A DNA stretch of 64,000 nucleotides from Bdellovibrionales bacterium (lineage in GTDB: Bacteria; Bdellovibrionota; Bdellovibrionia; Bdellovibrionales; JAMPXM01): positions 1 to 64,000 of the forward strand of contig JAYUEN010000286.1 in assembly GCA_043739185.1 (NCBI GenBank). The letters are read 5' to 3'. Below, in pieces: positions 8,766 through 18,411 of this stretch. Position 1 is the first letter of the stretch; each line of letters starts with the position of its first letter. Both the position numbers and the translations under genes were made by a program. Under the pieces are notes generated by a model. The model made no database searches, was not told where the DNA came from, and saw only the letters and a program-made list of their open reading frames with translations.

Positions 8766-8942
8766 AAACACTCCCCTGGCTGATAATCTAACCATAGGTC
8801 AGATTCATATTTTTATAAAAACTTCGTCTATATTATGTAATAAGAAACAAAGGGCGAGCAAGTCTTCATTTTGAAACTTCGAGTAATTCTGATAGATCTG
8901 ACTGCGAATTGGTGGCGTTTTTATTTTTCAGAAAGCTTTATC

Positions 8943-9797
8943 GTGACAAAGTCCCAGCTATCAAATTTATTTTTTTTGTTAATTTGTTATTTACTTACGA
9001 GCTGCGGGGGTCTCTTTTATTATCCAGATAATCGCTTGTATGTAGATGTGAAAAAACTTGAGATTCAACCTCAACAAATTGAACTCAAAACTACGGACAA
9101 TAAAAAGTTTTTCGGCTGGTACTTCAAAGCTTCCGATCATCCTCTAGGTAAAATCTTATTTTTTCATGGCAATGCACAAAATCGCTCTTCGCATTTTTAT
9201 TCTTTGTATTGGATATTAAAAAATAATTACGACTTTTTTATTTTTGACTATCCCGGATATGCCGAGAGTGAAGGAACGCCTTCACAAGCAAGCACGACCG
9301 ATGCAGGAACAAAAGCCCTTGAATGGCTCGTTCACACCGAACCCACAATACCCTTTATCATTTTTGGACAAAGCCTCGGCGGCAATATTGCCCTTTTTAC
9401 TGCCGCACAAAATAAGGCCTTAGTAAAACCCTGTTTGATTGCGGTAGACAGCAGCTTCAAGTCCTATCGAAAGGTGGCGCAAAGAGTTCTCGCAAAGCAT
9501 TGGCTCACTTGGCCTTTTCAAGGTCTCAGCTATTTACTGGTTCAAGATTCTTTTTCAGCCGATGATCGCATCACTGAAATTGCTCCAACGCCGCTTCTCG
9601 TTTTTCATAGCCGTGAAGATCCGGTAGTAGCTTATGAAAATGGCGAAGACATCTTTGCTAGCGCCCTTGAACCCAAGCAATTTTTTCAAGTTCCTGGCAT
9701 GGGTCATATCCTAAGTTTTACCGGACCTGATCACGAAAACTTTAGAAAAATATTTTTAGATGCACTTGCAAAAAATTGCTCTCAAAAAAGCAATTAG
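8943..9797 (+). CDS. Alpha/beta hydrolase lipoprotein (YfhR/ABHD-like)
   Basis: Lipobox LTSC; FFHGNAQN, DYPGY, nucleophile GQSLGG, D-P-V-V and GH. Start uncertain (GTG 8943 or TTG 8871). Confidence 0.85.
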   Translation: MTKSQLSNLFFLLICYLLTSCGGLFYYPDNRLYVDVKKLEIQPQQIELKTTDNKKFFGWYFKASDHPLGKILFFHGNAQNRSSHFYSLYWILKNNYDFFIFDYPGYAESEGTPSQASTTDAGTKALEWLVHTEPTIPFIIFGQSLGGNIALFTAAQNKALVKPCLIAVDSSFKSYRKVAQRVLAKHWLTWPFQGLSYLLVQDSFSADDRITEIAPTPLLVFHSREDPVVAYENGEDIFASALEPKQFFQVPGMGHILSFTGPDHENFRKIFLDALAKNCSQKSN

Positions 9798-9802
9798 ACT
9801 GC

Positions 9803-10174
9803 TCATTCTGTCGCTTCGGTTTTTTTACTTGGTATTTTTTGTTTCAATGGGACTAATTTTGCTGAGGTATTGGTTTCGGGCTTGGTTTTTACCCTTGCCT
9901 TTTGCGTGCTTTTTTTGGTTTTCTTACAATCGCCGGGATCACTGTTTCCCTTACAAATAGCAATTTGCGAATCTTGTACAGTTTCCTTAGCGGAGGATTT
10001 AGCCGTAGCTTTGGAATCATTATCTAATGTCAGTTCACTTTCGCCCTCAGCCGCTGGAATCACCGGCGTACTCTCGATATTTTGGCTTGAATTCTGAGAT
10101 TCTTCTTCAGCCATAAGCAATGTGCTCTTGAGATTGAATATCAATACCAACATCAATATTAAAAATATTTTCAT
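9803..10174 (-). CDS. Hypothetical exported low-complexity protein
   Basis: Signal-like N-terminus, acidic then Lys/Thr-rich halves, Cys pair; 4-bp overlap with folA. Confidence 0.65.
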   Translation of the reverse strand: MKIFLILMLVLIFNLKSTLLMAEEESQNSSQNIESTPVIPAAEGESELTLDNDSKATAKSSAKETVQDSQIAICKGNSDPGDCKKTKKSTQKARVKTKPETNTSAKLVPLKQKIPSKKTEATE

Positions 10175-10674
10175 GCTTTATTACCTCTTTCATAAACAAC
10201 ATAATCAAAAGAAGGATTCCCACTGCGCTTTTCGCGGCTGACTTCTTGAAAATCTGTCACGGCATCAAACTCCGGAAAATAGGTGTCCCCTTCGAATGCC
10301 GCATTTATTTCGGTCAAATAAATTCGACTCGTAAAGGGCAAAAGCAAAGTGTAGACTTCAGCTCCACCAATACAAAAAACTTCATCTCCCCAGCCGCCCG
10401 CTCTTGCGGCGCAAAATCTCATGGCCTGCCTCGGCTCATGAAATACATGCGCTCCCGGAAATGCAAAATCTTTTTGTTGGGTGAGGATAATGTGTAGTCT
10501 ATTGGGCAAGAGTTTTCCGCCAAAACTTTCGAAGGTTTTTCGTCCCATCACAATGATATGGCCCTTGGTTTTGGTTTTGAAATACTCCATGTCTTCAGGA
10601 ATATTCCAGGGCAATCCGCCGCTTTTGCCGATCACACGATTGCTTGCACAGGCGGCGATTGATGACAAAATCAT
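10171..10674 (-). CDS. folA: Dihydrofolate reductase
   Basis: NRVIG...[35 protein letters not shown]. Confidence 0.96.
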   Translation of the reverse strand: MILSSIAACASNRVIGKSGGLPWNIPEDMEYFKTKTKGHIIVMGRKTFESFGGKLLPNRLHIILTQQKDFAFPGAHVFHEPRQAMRFCAARAGGWGDEVFCIGGAEVYTLLLPFTSRIYLTEINAAFEGDTYFPEFDAVTDFQEVSREKRSGNPSFDYVVYERGNKA

Positions 10675-11465
10675 ACAGCAACTTCTGCCCGAATAGCTGG
10701 GTGTGGATTGTAATTTTCAAGTACAAAATCTTCGAGTTTAAAATCAAAGATCGATTTCACTTCTGGATTTATTTTCATCAATGGCAAACTTCGCTCTTCT
10801 CGAGACAGCAACAATTTGGCCTGCTCAAGATGATTTTTGTAAAGATGGGCGTCGCCAAGCGTGTGAATAAATTCACCTGCCTTGAGGCCCGTTACTTGGG
10901 CGACCATCATAGTAAGAAGAGCATAGCTTGCGATATTAAATGGTACGCCTAAAAATACATCGGCTGATCTTTGGTAGAGCTGACATGACAATTTGCCGCT
11001 TGATACGTAAAACTGAAAAAAAGCATGACAAGGCGGCAAGGCCATTTTTTGTATTTCACCTGGGTTAAATGCCACTACCAAGAGTCTTCGAGAATCAGGA
11101 TTGTTTTTGATTTCCTCAATGACATTTGCAATTTGATCAATCTGCCCGCCGTCGGCAGTCTTCCAGGAGCGCCATTGTTCTCCGTATACTGGGCCAAGAT
11201 TTCCCTGCTCATCTGCCCACTCATCCCAAATCGAAACCTTATTGTCTTTTAGAAACTGGATATTCGTATCCCCCTTAAGAAACCAAAGTAACTCGACAAT
11301 GATCGACCTCAAATGAACTTTTTTTGTCGTGAGCAGCGGAAAGCCTGAAGCTAAATCAAAGCGCATTTGATGTCCAAAGAGACTCAAAGTTCCCGTACCG
11401 GTACGATCCGACTTCTCATCACCTTGAGCCATAATTTTACGAACGAGATCAGAATAGGCTTTCAT
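10671..11465 (-). CDS. thyA: Thymidylate synthase
   Basis: [40 protein letters not shown]. Confidence 0.98.
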   Translation of the reverse strand: MKAYSDLVRKIMAQGDEKSDRTGTGTLSLFGHQMRFDLASGFPLLTTKKVHLRSIIVELLWFLKGDTNIQFLKDNKVSIWDEWADEQGNLGPVYGEQWRSWKTADGGQIDQIANVIEEIKNNPDSRRLLVVAFNPGEIQKMALPPCHAFFQFYVSSGKLSCQLYQRSADVFLGVPFNIASYALLTMMVAQVTGLKAGEFIHTLGDAHLYKNHLEQAKLLLSREERSLPLMKINPEVKSIFDFKLEDFVLENYNPHPAIRAEVAV

Positions 11466-11623
11466 AAAGGATTTCCCTCCATTTTAGACAACATATCGAG
11501 GCTAAGTAGCTTTCTCAAGTCCGGACGAAAGATTTTAGCACCTTCAATTTATGCCTGATGAATGAGCACAATTATAGATGTATATTGCCTCCGCGGCTAG
11601 GCTCGACTAGTGTTCCTTTAAAT

Positions 11624-12919
11624 ATGGATATTAAAGACCCAATTCACGAAAATTTAGAAATTGATGAGAGCGAAATCCCAGTATTGGATAGCGCGGCATT
11701 TCAAAGACTTCGTCTCATCAAACAACTTGGTTTTGCAGAATTTGCTTTTCCTGGCGCTACTCACAATCGATATTTGCATTCTTTGGGAGTTTTGCACTTA
11801 AGCAGCAAGGCATTTGACTCAATCTTCGCTGATTTTCATTTTTCGAAGGCAGAGGTTCGCCAAAGACTTAAACAGTGTCTTCGTTTGGGTGCATTACTTC
11901 ATGATATTGGTCACGGGCCCCTCAGCCATACAACTGAAGAAGTCATGCCGCCGATTAAAGATTTAAAGATTGCGGCCTATAAAAATCGAAAACACCCATA
12001 TGATGAGAATGAAAAAGCTTCTCATGAAGACTATTCAATCAAGACCCTAACAGACTCAAATCTAACGAAAATTTTAAAAGATCAATTTCAGGATATGGAT
12101 CCTTACCATATTGCATGTTTGATCGATAAGAGCCTGCCATCCAAAGATGATTTCTTCAGCGATGCGGGCTTAGATTTTCGTCCGATCTTGAGTCAAATCG
12201 TTAGTTCTGAGCTAGATGTCGACCGCATGGATTACCTCGAGCGCGACGCCTATTTTTGTGGAACATCCTACGGAAAATTCGAACTCACCTGGCTGCTTGG
12301 GAATTTGAGTTATCACATAAAGGAATCTAAAGTATTTTTGGCACTTGATCGCAGAGCACTCTATACCTTCGACGATTTTTTACTTTCTCGCCATCATATG
12401 TATCTCATGGTTTATTTTCATCACAAAAGTATAATTTACGAAGAGATGCTAACTCGCTATCTAACTTCACCTGACTGCAAATATTTTTTACCAGCCAATA
12501 TTGAGGATTACGGAAAGTTTACCGACTATTCATTGTACGAACATCTTTCTCAGGTCGATAATATTTGGGCCAAACAAATATCAGAGCGCAGGCCTTATAA
12601 AATGCTTTTTGAACTACATTCAGTTGAAGAGACCCATCGCCCCGAGGAAATGAAGCGGGTTTTATTAACCGAAGGTATTGATGTCATCCTGGCGAGCTCG
12701 CGAGCTCGACTCTCGAAGTATCATTCGCCACATCCTTCAGAAAAATCCACCACTATTTTTGTGGTCGATCATTTAGATTTTTTGGGAAAGCCTATCCCCA
12801 TTGAGCAGTGCACTGAAATTTTTCAAAAGTACGAAGAGACGAGACGCATTGAGCGTCTTTATGTTGAGCCCGAAAAATATTCAGCGGCACGCAAGATATT
12901 ATTGGAGCGATCGCTTTGA
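11624..12919 (+). CDS. HD-domain phosphohydrolase (SAMHD1/dNTPase-like family)
   Basis: IKDPIH, FQRLRLIKQLG, ATHNRYLHSLG, LHDIGHGPLSH, LDVDRMDYL. Probable start 11624 (track 11558). Confidence 0.9.
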   Translation: MDIKDPIHENLEIDESEIPVLDSAAFQRLRLIKQLGFAEFAFPGATHNRYLHSLGVLHLSSKAFDSIFADFHFSKAEVRQRLKQCLRLGALLHDIGHGPLSHTTEEVMPPIKDLKIAAYKNRKHPYDENEKASHEDYSIKTLTDSNLTKILKDQFQDMDPYHIACLIDKSLPSKDDFFSDAGLDFRPILSQIVSSELDVDRMDYLERDAYFCGTSYGKFELTWLLGNLSYHIKESKVFLALDRRALYTFDDFLLSRHHMYLMVYFHHKSIIYEEMLTRYLTSPDCKYFLPANIEDYGKFTDYSLYEHLSQVDNIWAKQISERRPYKMLFELHSVEETHRPEEMKRVLLTEGIDVILASSRARLSKYHSPHPSEKSTTIFVVDHLDFLGKPIPIEQCTEIFQKYEETRRIERLYVEPEKYSAARKILLERSL

Positions 12920-13138
12920 TTTTGCTCTTTTAGTATAGTCTTCTCGTGTTGCCCGGCGAATGCGTTCGACGCGCCATCTAATATCGCTTTCAATTTCTTC
13001 TTCGGCACGATCTGCAATATCTCCCTGACTCTCAGGAATTCTTTCTTCTATTTTCTCTGCTGCAGAAATTAAGCCCTCAGGAATCGGATTTGAAATTTTT
13101 AATCTTTTTTTCGTTTTAATTTTTTTCATATTTCTCAC
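12899..13138 (-). CDS. Small charged hypothetical protein
   Basis: 79-aa ORF downstream of and co-oriented with the CBS gene; no recognisable motif. Confidence 0.45.
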   Translation of the reverse strand: MRNMKKIKTKKRLKISNPIPEGLISAAEKIEERIPESQGDIADRAEEEIESDIRWRVERIRRATREDYTKRAKSKRSLQ

Positions 13139-13188
13139 TCACTTCCCATATTGTTTCGCTAAGCCATTAAGCAAATTCTCAGCCAAGC

Positions 13189-13683
13189 CTAATGCTGCAA
13201 GAAAGCCTCAAAAACCTTTGAGAGTTTAGGCGGCTCATTTTTTACTTCATGCGAACCAGTGATATAAGTTGTCAATTCATCAATCATGAATTCATTGCTA
13301 TCGATAAGCGCAAAAGCAATATCTTCAATTGCTAAAAGTGCCATCACTCGCTCGTCTTTCACCACCGGAAGATGCCGAATATGGCAGGCGGACATAAGAG
13401 CCAAACATTCAGTCAATCTGTATTCGGGAGTTACGGATATGAGGTTGGTGCTCATCACCTCATATACAGGTGTAGTTAAAGATGATCTCCCTTTTAAGAG
13501 AATTTTCCGAGCATAATCTCGTTCAGAAAAAATTCCGACCAGATGATTGAAGTCCATCACCAGCAAGGCTCCTGAATCATGCATCTCCATTTTTTCTAAT
13601 GCCGCTTCAACACTCGCGATCGGAGAAATACTTTGAGATTGAATATCAAGACAATGTTGCACCATGCTTTGAATCGATTTCAC
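13189..13683 (-). CDS. CBS-pair domain protein
   Basis: GALLV, LVGIFSERDYARK, IRHLPVV, C-terminal LTTYITG; probable GTG start 13683. Confidence 0.9.
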   Translation of the reverse strand: MKSIQSMVQHCLDIQSQSISPIASVEAALEKMEMHDSGALLVMDFNHLVGIFSERDYARKILLKGRSSLTTPVYEVMSTNLISVTPEYRLTECLALMSACHIRHLPVVKDERVMALLAIEDIAFALIDSNEFMIDELTTYITGSHEVKNEPPKLSKVFEAFLQH

Positions 13684-13948
13684 GTGCCCACCCCCCACTT
13701 AATATAAAATTAGCCTACTTAAAAATTGTATCACCATAAGCTTCTGCAAAATGCTTACCGCTTTTTTACTGCGTAAATTTTCGCATGGCTCAAAACTCGC
13801 CCCATTTGTCCCAGGTGATTTGCCAAATGTCCCCAAAATGCGAAATGACAGAAATTTTCTTTGTGTTTTTTTAAATACTTAGCCAGGCAAATTTTGGCCC
13901 GACCTATGCAGAGTAGCGGACTGAACATGGAACAATCTGGAGGGATGA

Positions 13949-14143
13949 ATGAACCATTCAAAAGGGCAGCACTTTGTCAAAACGACAAAAACAGATACCA
14001 ACTATAAATTCAAAACAGCAAATACCAAAATCTGCACGATATGCAGAGAACGCTTTCACTCGCTCTCAAAGTTTTCATTGTTTTGCAATGAATGCAAAGA
14101 GCACTGCGAGCGCTATCGCTTTGCCGATTGGTTAACAGCTTAG
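13949..14143 (+). CDS. Small putative zinc-ribbon protein
   Basis: 64 aa with CTIC and CNEC; GGAGGG RBS. Confidence 0.6.
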   Translation: MNHSKGQHFVKTTKTDTNYKFKTANTKICTICRERFHSLSKFSLFCNECKEHCERYRFADWLTA

Positions 14144-14144
14144 C

Positions 14145-15317
14145 TTATTTGTAAGCAGGAATTCCGGTAATATGTTCGCCTAAAATCAAACGATGAATAT
14201 CTTCTGTGCCTTCATAGGTATTCACACTTTCAAGGTTCATCATGTGACGACCCACTTGATACTCGTGAGTGATTCCTGAGGCACCCAAGATGTCGCGAGC
14301 CACACGCGAAATGCGAAGTGCCTGCGACACATTGTTCATCTTGACCATTGAAATATGTTGCGGAGTGGCCTTGTCTTGGTCTTTCATGCGACCAAGATGA
14401 AGTGCCAACAATTGCCCCTTGGTAATTTCAGTGAACATATCAACAAGTTTTGCTTGAACAAGTTGAAAGCTAGCGATTGGTTTATCAAATTGAATGCGTG
14501 TCTTCGCATACCTGAGTGCCTCATCATAACACCCCTGTGCTGCACCCAGTGCACCCCACGAAATACCGTAACGAGCATTGTTTAGGCAAGAGAAAGGACC
14601 TCTAAGTCCTGTTACATTGAGCATATTCGCAGCCGGCACTCTACAGTCTTCAAAGATCAATTCTGAAGTTACCGATGCACGTAGGGAAAATTTCTTGTGG
14701 ATATCTCTGGTACTAAAGCCTTTGAGGTCACGATCTACAATGAATCCGTGAATTTTGTTTGAATCATCAGGAACCTTTGCCCAGACGATTGCAAGATCCG
14801 CGATGCCTCCGCTCGTGATCCACATTTTGGCTCCATTTAAGACATAATGGTTGCCATCTTTTTTTGCGGTCGTAATCATTCCGCCTGGATTCGAACCGAA
14901 GTCAGGCTCTGTTAATCCAAAGCAGCCTATCAATTCACCCTTTGCCATTTTTGGTAAATATTTTTTCTTGTGTTCTTCAGACCCGAAGGCATTAATCGGA
15001 TGCATACACAATGCGCCCTGTACACTTACAAAGCTGCGCAGGCCGCTGTCGCCGCGCTCGAGCTCCTGCATGATAATTCCATAACTTGTATAATTGAGTC
15101 CGGCGCAGCCATAACCTTGAATTGTTGATCCGAAAGTTCCCATTTCAGCGAGCATCGGAATGAGATGCTTAGGAAAACTATCTTTCATAAAATGCTCATC
15201 AATTATAGGAACGATTTCTTTTGATACAAATTGCCTCATAGAATCACGAACCATGCGTTCGTCTTCTGACAAATGAGCATTGATATCAAAAAAATCTGGT
15301 GCATCGTATGGCTTCAT
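14145..15317 (-). CDS. gcdH: Glutaryl-CoA dehydrogenase (acyl-CoA dehydrogenase family)
   Basis: ELERGDSGLRSFVSVQ, GCFGLTEPDFGSNPG, CLNNARYGISWG, NLESVNTYEGT. Confidence 0.88.
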   Translation of the reverse strand: MKPYDAPDFFDINAHLSEDERMVRDSMRQFVSKEIVPIIDEHFMKDSFPKHLIPMLAEMGTFGSTIQGYGCAGLNYTSYGIIMQELERGDSGLRSFVSVQGALCMHPINAFGSEEHKKKYLPKMAKGELIGCFGLTEPDFGSNPGGMITTAKKDGNHYVLNGAKMWITSGGIADLAIVWAKVPDDSNKIHGFIVDRDLKGFSTRDIHKKFSLRASVTSELIFEDCRVPAANMLNVTGLRGPFSCLNNARYGISWGALGAAQGCYDEALRYAKTRIQFDKPIASFQLVQAKLVDMFTEITKGQLLALHLGRMKDQDKATPQHISMVKMNNVSQALRISRVARDILGASGITHEYQVGRHMMNLESVNTYEGTEDIHRLILGEHITGIPAYK

Positions 15318-15631
15318 TCAATTCTCCACGCTGTTTTTAAATTAACTTTGGTCTTAACTACCTATTATTTATTAGACTTCTATTCTTTTTATGTCCATTT
15401 GATTCTGTTAAAAATGGACTCCATATATATAGAGAGACTAACGCTCCCTCGCCATCTCGAAATACGAGGCCCTCGGCTAACTGTAGTTTATTGTAAAATG
15501 GTATTAAAACTTAAACAGATGTCAGAATCCTAAACAGCTGAATAAAAGAAACACGAGGAAATACGTCAGCCAAATGCAATCTATGAAGTACAGGTCTTGC
15601 TCTTTAAGCTTGTATTAGATCGGGGGTTGTT

Positions 15632-16681
15632 ATGAATACACTCTTTAGAAAAATTTTGGTGCTTGCCTCTGTAGCGCTCGCGGGCTGCAGCCAGAGTGAA
15701 TTTAAATTCGCTAGCAAAAATCCTGATTTAATTAATAATACTCTTGGCAATCCAGCAGCTGATCCTATGGGTCCCACATCTAGCGCACAGCCTATTCAAC
15801 CTCTAAACCCAGAAGGCAATCAACCTAAGGGCCCTCCACTGTCTCCAATTGAGCCACCGGTTGTAAGCAATCCGCCGCCGCCTATGAATCCTCCTCCTCC
15901 TGTTGCGGGCAATCCTCCGCCACCACCTGTGAATCCTCCCCCTATGAATCCACCACCGCCAGTGAATCCTCCTCCAGTTGCGGGCAATCCTCCGCCGCCG
16001 CCAGTAAATCCACCTGTAGATCCACCAGTTTATCCTCCTGTTGCGGGAGATCCCCCACCAAGTATCAATCCATGCGATCCTGACTCAGACATCACTCTCA
16101 TTTCTAAGGGAGATTTGGACGACGTTAAGAAGTTCACTTCAACTAAAGATTTCGATAAAAAGGATGAAGTGAGTGATCATACCGATTTTAAAAAGCGCGG
16201 TCGCACCGAAAATATTTCGGAAGAACTTATCAATCACTATACCCAAGCTAGCTCAGATGATTCATCTGATTATAAGCTTTGTGTAGTAGACGCAGACGAC
16301 AAAAAAGTCGTAAAAAATGATCGTGACGAAGATCATGATAAAGATCATGATAAAGATCATTCAAAGAAACACGATAAAGACAAAGATGATGACGATGATA
16401 ATAATATCATTAAACTTTGCATTGGTAACGCAATTGATGCCCGCGCTGATGAATTGGCGGCACATGGTTTTAAAGGCTTAAACGGTAAACACAAAAACAG
16501 ATTTATGTGTTGCACTGAAGTGGTAATTGAGAAAGACGAAGACCACGATAAAGATAAGGACAGAGACCATGACAAAGATCATCCCGTTGCAAAGGACGAT
16601 GACGACCACAAGAGCGATGACAAAGACTGTGATCATCACGAAGATGACGACCACTCTAAGGGTCATGGAAAAGATTCTTAG
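15632..16681 (+). CDS. Lipoprotein with Pro-rich stalk and His/Asp/Lys-rich C-terminal region
   Basis: Lipobox LAGC; NPPPP repeats; DKDHDKDH repeats; interspersed Cys. Confidence 0.8.
   Translation: MNTLFRKILVLASVALAGCSQSEFKFASKNPDLINNTLGNPAADPMGPTSSAQPIQPLNPEGNQPKGPPLSPIEPPVVSNPPPPMNPPPPVAGNPPPPPVNPPPMNPPPPVNPPPVAGNPPPPPVNPPVDPPVYPPVAGDPPPSINPCDPDSDITLISKGDLDDVKKFTSTKDFDKKDEVSDHTDFKKRGRTENISEELINHYTQASSDDSSDYKLCVVDADDKKVVKNDRDEDHDKDHDKDHSKKHDKDKDDDDDNNIIKLCIGNAIDARADELAAHGFKGLNGKHKNRFMCCTEVVIEKDEDHDKDKDRDHDKDHPVAKDDDDHKSDDKDCDHHEDDDHSKGHGKDS
15865..16062 (+). repeat. Coding Pro-rich imperfect tandem repeats (NPPPPM/V, PPVAGNPPP)
   Basis: CC-GTTGCGGG unit three times and repeated AATCCNCC units. 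Confidence 0.8.
16331..16360 (+). repeat. 12-bp coding tandem repeat GATCATGATAAA x2.5 (DHDK)
   Basis: GATCATGATAAAGATCATGATAAAGATCAT read directly. Confidence 0.85.
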
Positions 16682-16722
16682 GCTAATCCCGTATTGAGCA
16701 TTTCTGAAATTGCGGAGAAGAA

Positions 16723-17631
16723 ATGAGAACCGCACAAGATTTTAAGCCAGTCGTTTTGGTTACTGGAGTAAGCTCAGGCATTGGGCTTGCGCTGGCCCGT
16801 CTTTTGTGGATCAGAGACGAATATCGCGTGGTTGTAACGGCTCGAGAGCAATCCCTTGAGCGCATCAAGAAAGAAAGCTTTCACAATACAGAACGATTTT
16901 GGATAAGGCCGTTAGATGTTACATCTGTCGAGCAGCGCAAACAACTCATCGAAGAAATCAATCGTGAATGGGGCGCCGTAAATATTTTAATTAATAATGC
17001 AGGTATTAGCTACCGTGCAGTCATCGAACATATGGATGACGAATCCGAATTCAATCAAATGAATACAAATTATCTTGGCCCCATGGCTCTGACTCGTTTG
17101 GTCCTACCGGGAATGCGAAGACGAGGTCGGGGTAAAATCATCAATATTTCTTCTGTGAGCGGTATGCTTGCTATGCCCACTATGGGTTCCTATTCAGCTT
17201 CGAAATACGCGCTTGAAGGCGCTAGTGAATCGCTATGGTACGAGCTTAAGCCACTTGGCATTCGCGTTTCTTTGGTGCAGCTTGGCTTTATTAAATCGAA
17301 TTCATTTCGAAACGTTTACTTAACTCAAGCTTCAAAGAGTTGTGAAATTGGATCGAAGGCGGCCTATTGCGATTATTATGAAAGCATGAGTCCTTTTATT
17401 GCAAGAATGATGAACTGGTCACAAACGACTCCCGAGCAAGTAGCCAAGAGAATTTTGAAAATTATTAAAAAAGAAAATCCGCCCTTACGTATTCCGGTAA
17501 CTTTAGATGCAAGCATCTTTCATTTATTGCGCCGATTTTTGCCGCGCTGGTTTTTTCATAGCTTTCTCTTCTGGATGCTTCCAAACTCAAAGCAATGGGC
17601 CACCAAATACACAAACGCCCGAAGAAATTAA
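16723..17631 (+). CDS. Classical SDR oxidoreductase
   Basis: TGVSSGIG, NNAG, NISSVSG, YSASK all intact. Confidence 0.92.
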   Translation: MRTAQDFKPVVLVTGVSSGIGLALARLLWIRDEYRVVVTAREQSLERIKKESFHNTERFWIRPLDVTSVEQRKQLIEEINREWGAVNILINNAGISYRAVIEHMDDESEFNQMNTNYLGPMALTRLVLPGMRRRGRGKIINISSVSGMLAMPTMGSYSASKYALEGASESLWYELKPLGIRVSLVQLGFIKSNSFRNVYLTQASKSCEIGSKAAYCDYYESMSPFIARMMNWSQTTPEQVAKRILKIIKKENPPLRIPVTLDASIFHLLRRFLPRWFFHSFLFWMLPNSKQWATKYTNARRN

Positions 17632-17673
17632 ATTTCACTCGGGCTCCTGTTAAAATTTAATTACGAAATATTA

Positions 17674-18201
17674 TTATTCCCAAACGCCTTCAGTAGGAAA
17701 TCCAGCAGGAAATTCAACTTTTTCCTTTTTGCCGACTTTGCTTTTCAAATCGTCCCATCTACCTTCTTTGTCTTTTGTATATTTGCTTTGTTGGGTTTCG
17801 TAAGCATGACGAATAACATCCAAAAATACATCTAGATCCTGAGCCAATAAACTGTCTATTGAAATCGTGTAACGAGCGACATCCGAAAGAGCTTCTTTCT
17901 TTTGTGAGTTGTCATAGTTCAATTGGATTGCAGATTTACTTCTTAGCAAAAATCTCAACAACCAATTGGCCTCGTCTGCAGTATGAGCTGTAATTGCAGC
18001 ATTTTGCATTTCGCTTCCCATAAGTTTGATGTTTACGGTTTTCTTATCAGCTGGATCTAAGGCAATTTCGCTCGCCTTCAGAGAGAGCGTTTGTTCTCCA
18101 ACTTTTGTAGAAACCGCAGTGCTCGAAAGAGACGCGAAGCTCATTTGCGCACTCATTAGTAAAGCTGCAATTAGAGTCGATTTAAAAAGTGATAATTTCA
18201 T
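17674..18201 (-). CDS. Hypothetical secreted protein
   Basis: 175 aa; signal peptide ending SFA; AAGGAGG RBS. Confidence 0.8.
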   Translation of the reverse strand: MKLSLFKSTLIAALLMSAQMSFASLSSTAVSTKVGEQTLSLKASEIALDPADKKTVNIKLMGSEMQNAAITAHTADEANWLLRFLLRSKSAIQLNYDNSQKKEALSDVARYTISIDSLLAQDLDVFLDVIRHAYETQQSKYTKDKEGRWDDLKSKVGKKEKVEFPAGFPTEGVWE

Positions 18202-18232
18202 AATTCCTCCTTAGGGTTTTTCTATTTAGAAG

Positions 18233-18248
18233 TGCAACCCCTATACCA
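18233..18248 (-). promoter_or_regulatory. Sigma54 -24/-12 promoter
   Basis: TGGTATAGGGGTTGCA (GG-N10-GC), GC 33 nt before ATG 18201. Confidence 0.6.
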
Positions 18249-18411
18249 GTAAAATTTAGCGCCAGCTTGGCCTAGAATTTCTATTAGCAAACGGGGTGTC
18301 CAATAGTAAAACACTCTCAAGGCGCAAATTGGGCCAGTTCAATTTAGAAAGAGTATAAAACTTATTTGAAAGCTATTTCAGCCCTCTATCTTCTTTTTGT
18401 AGGATTTAACG

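Noticed and set aside
15865..16678. Repeats as a CRISPR array
   Set aside because: In-frame coding repeats with no unique spacers and no cas genes.
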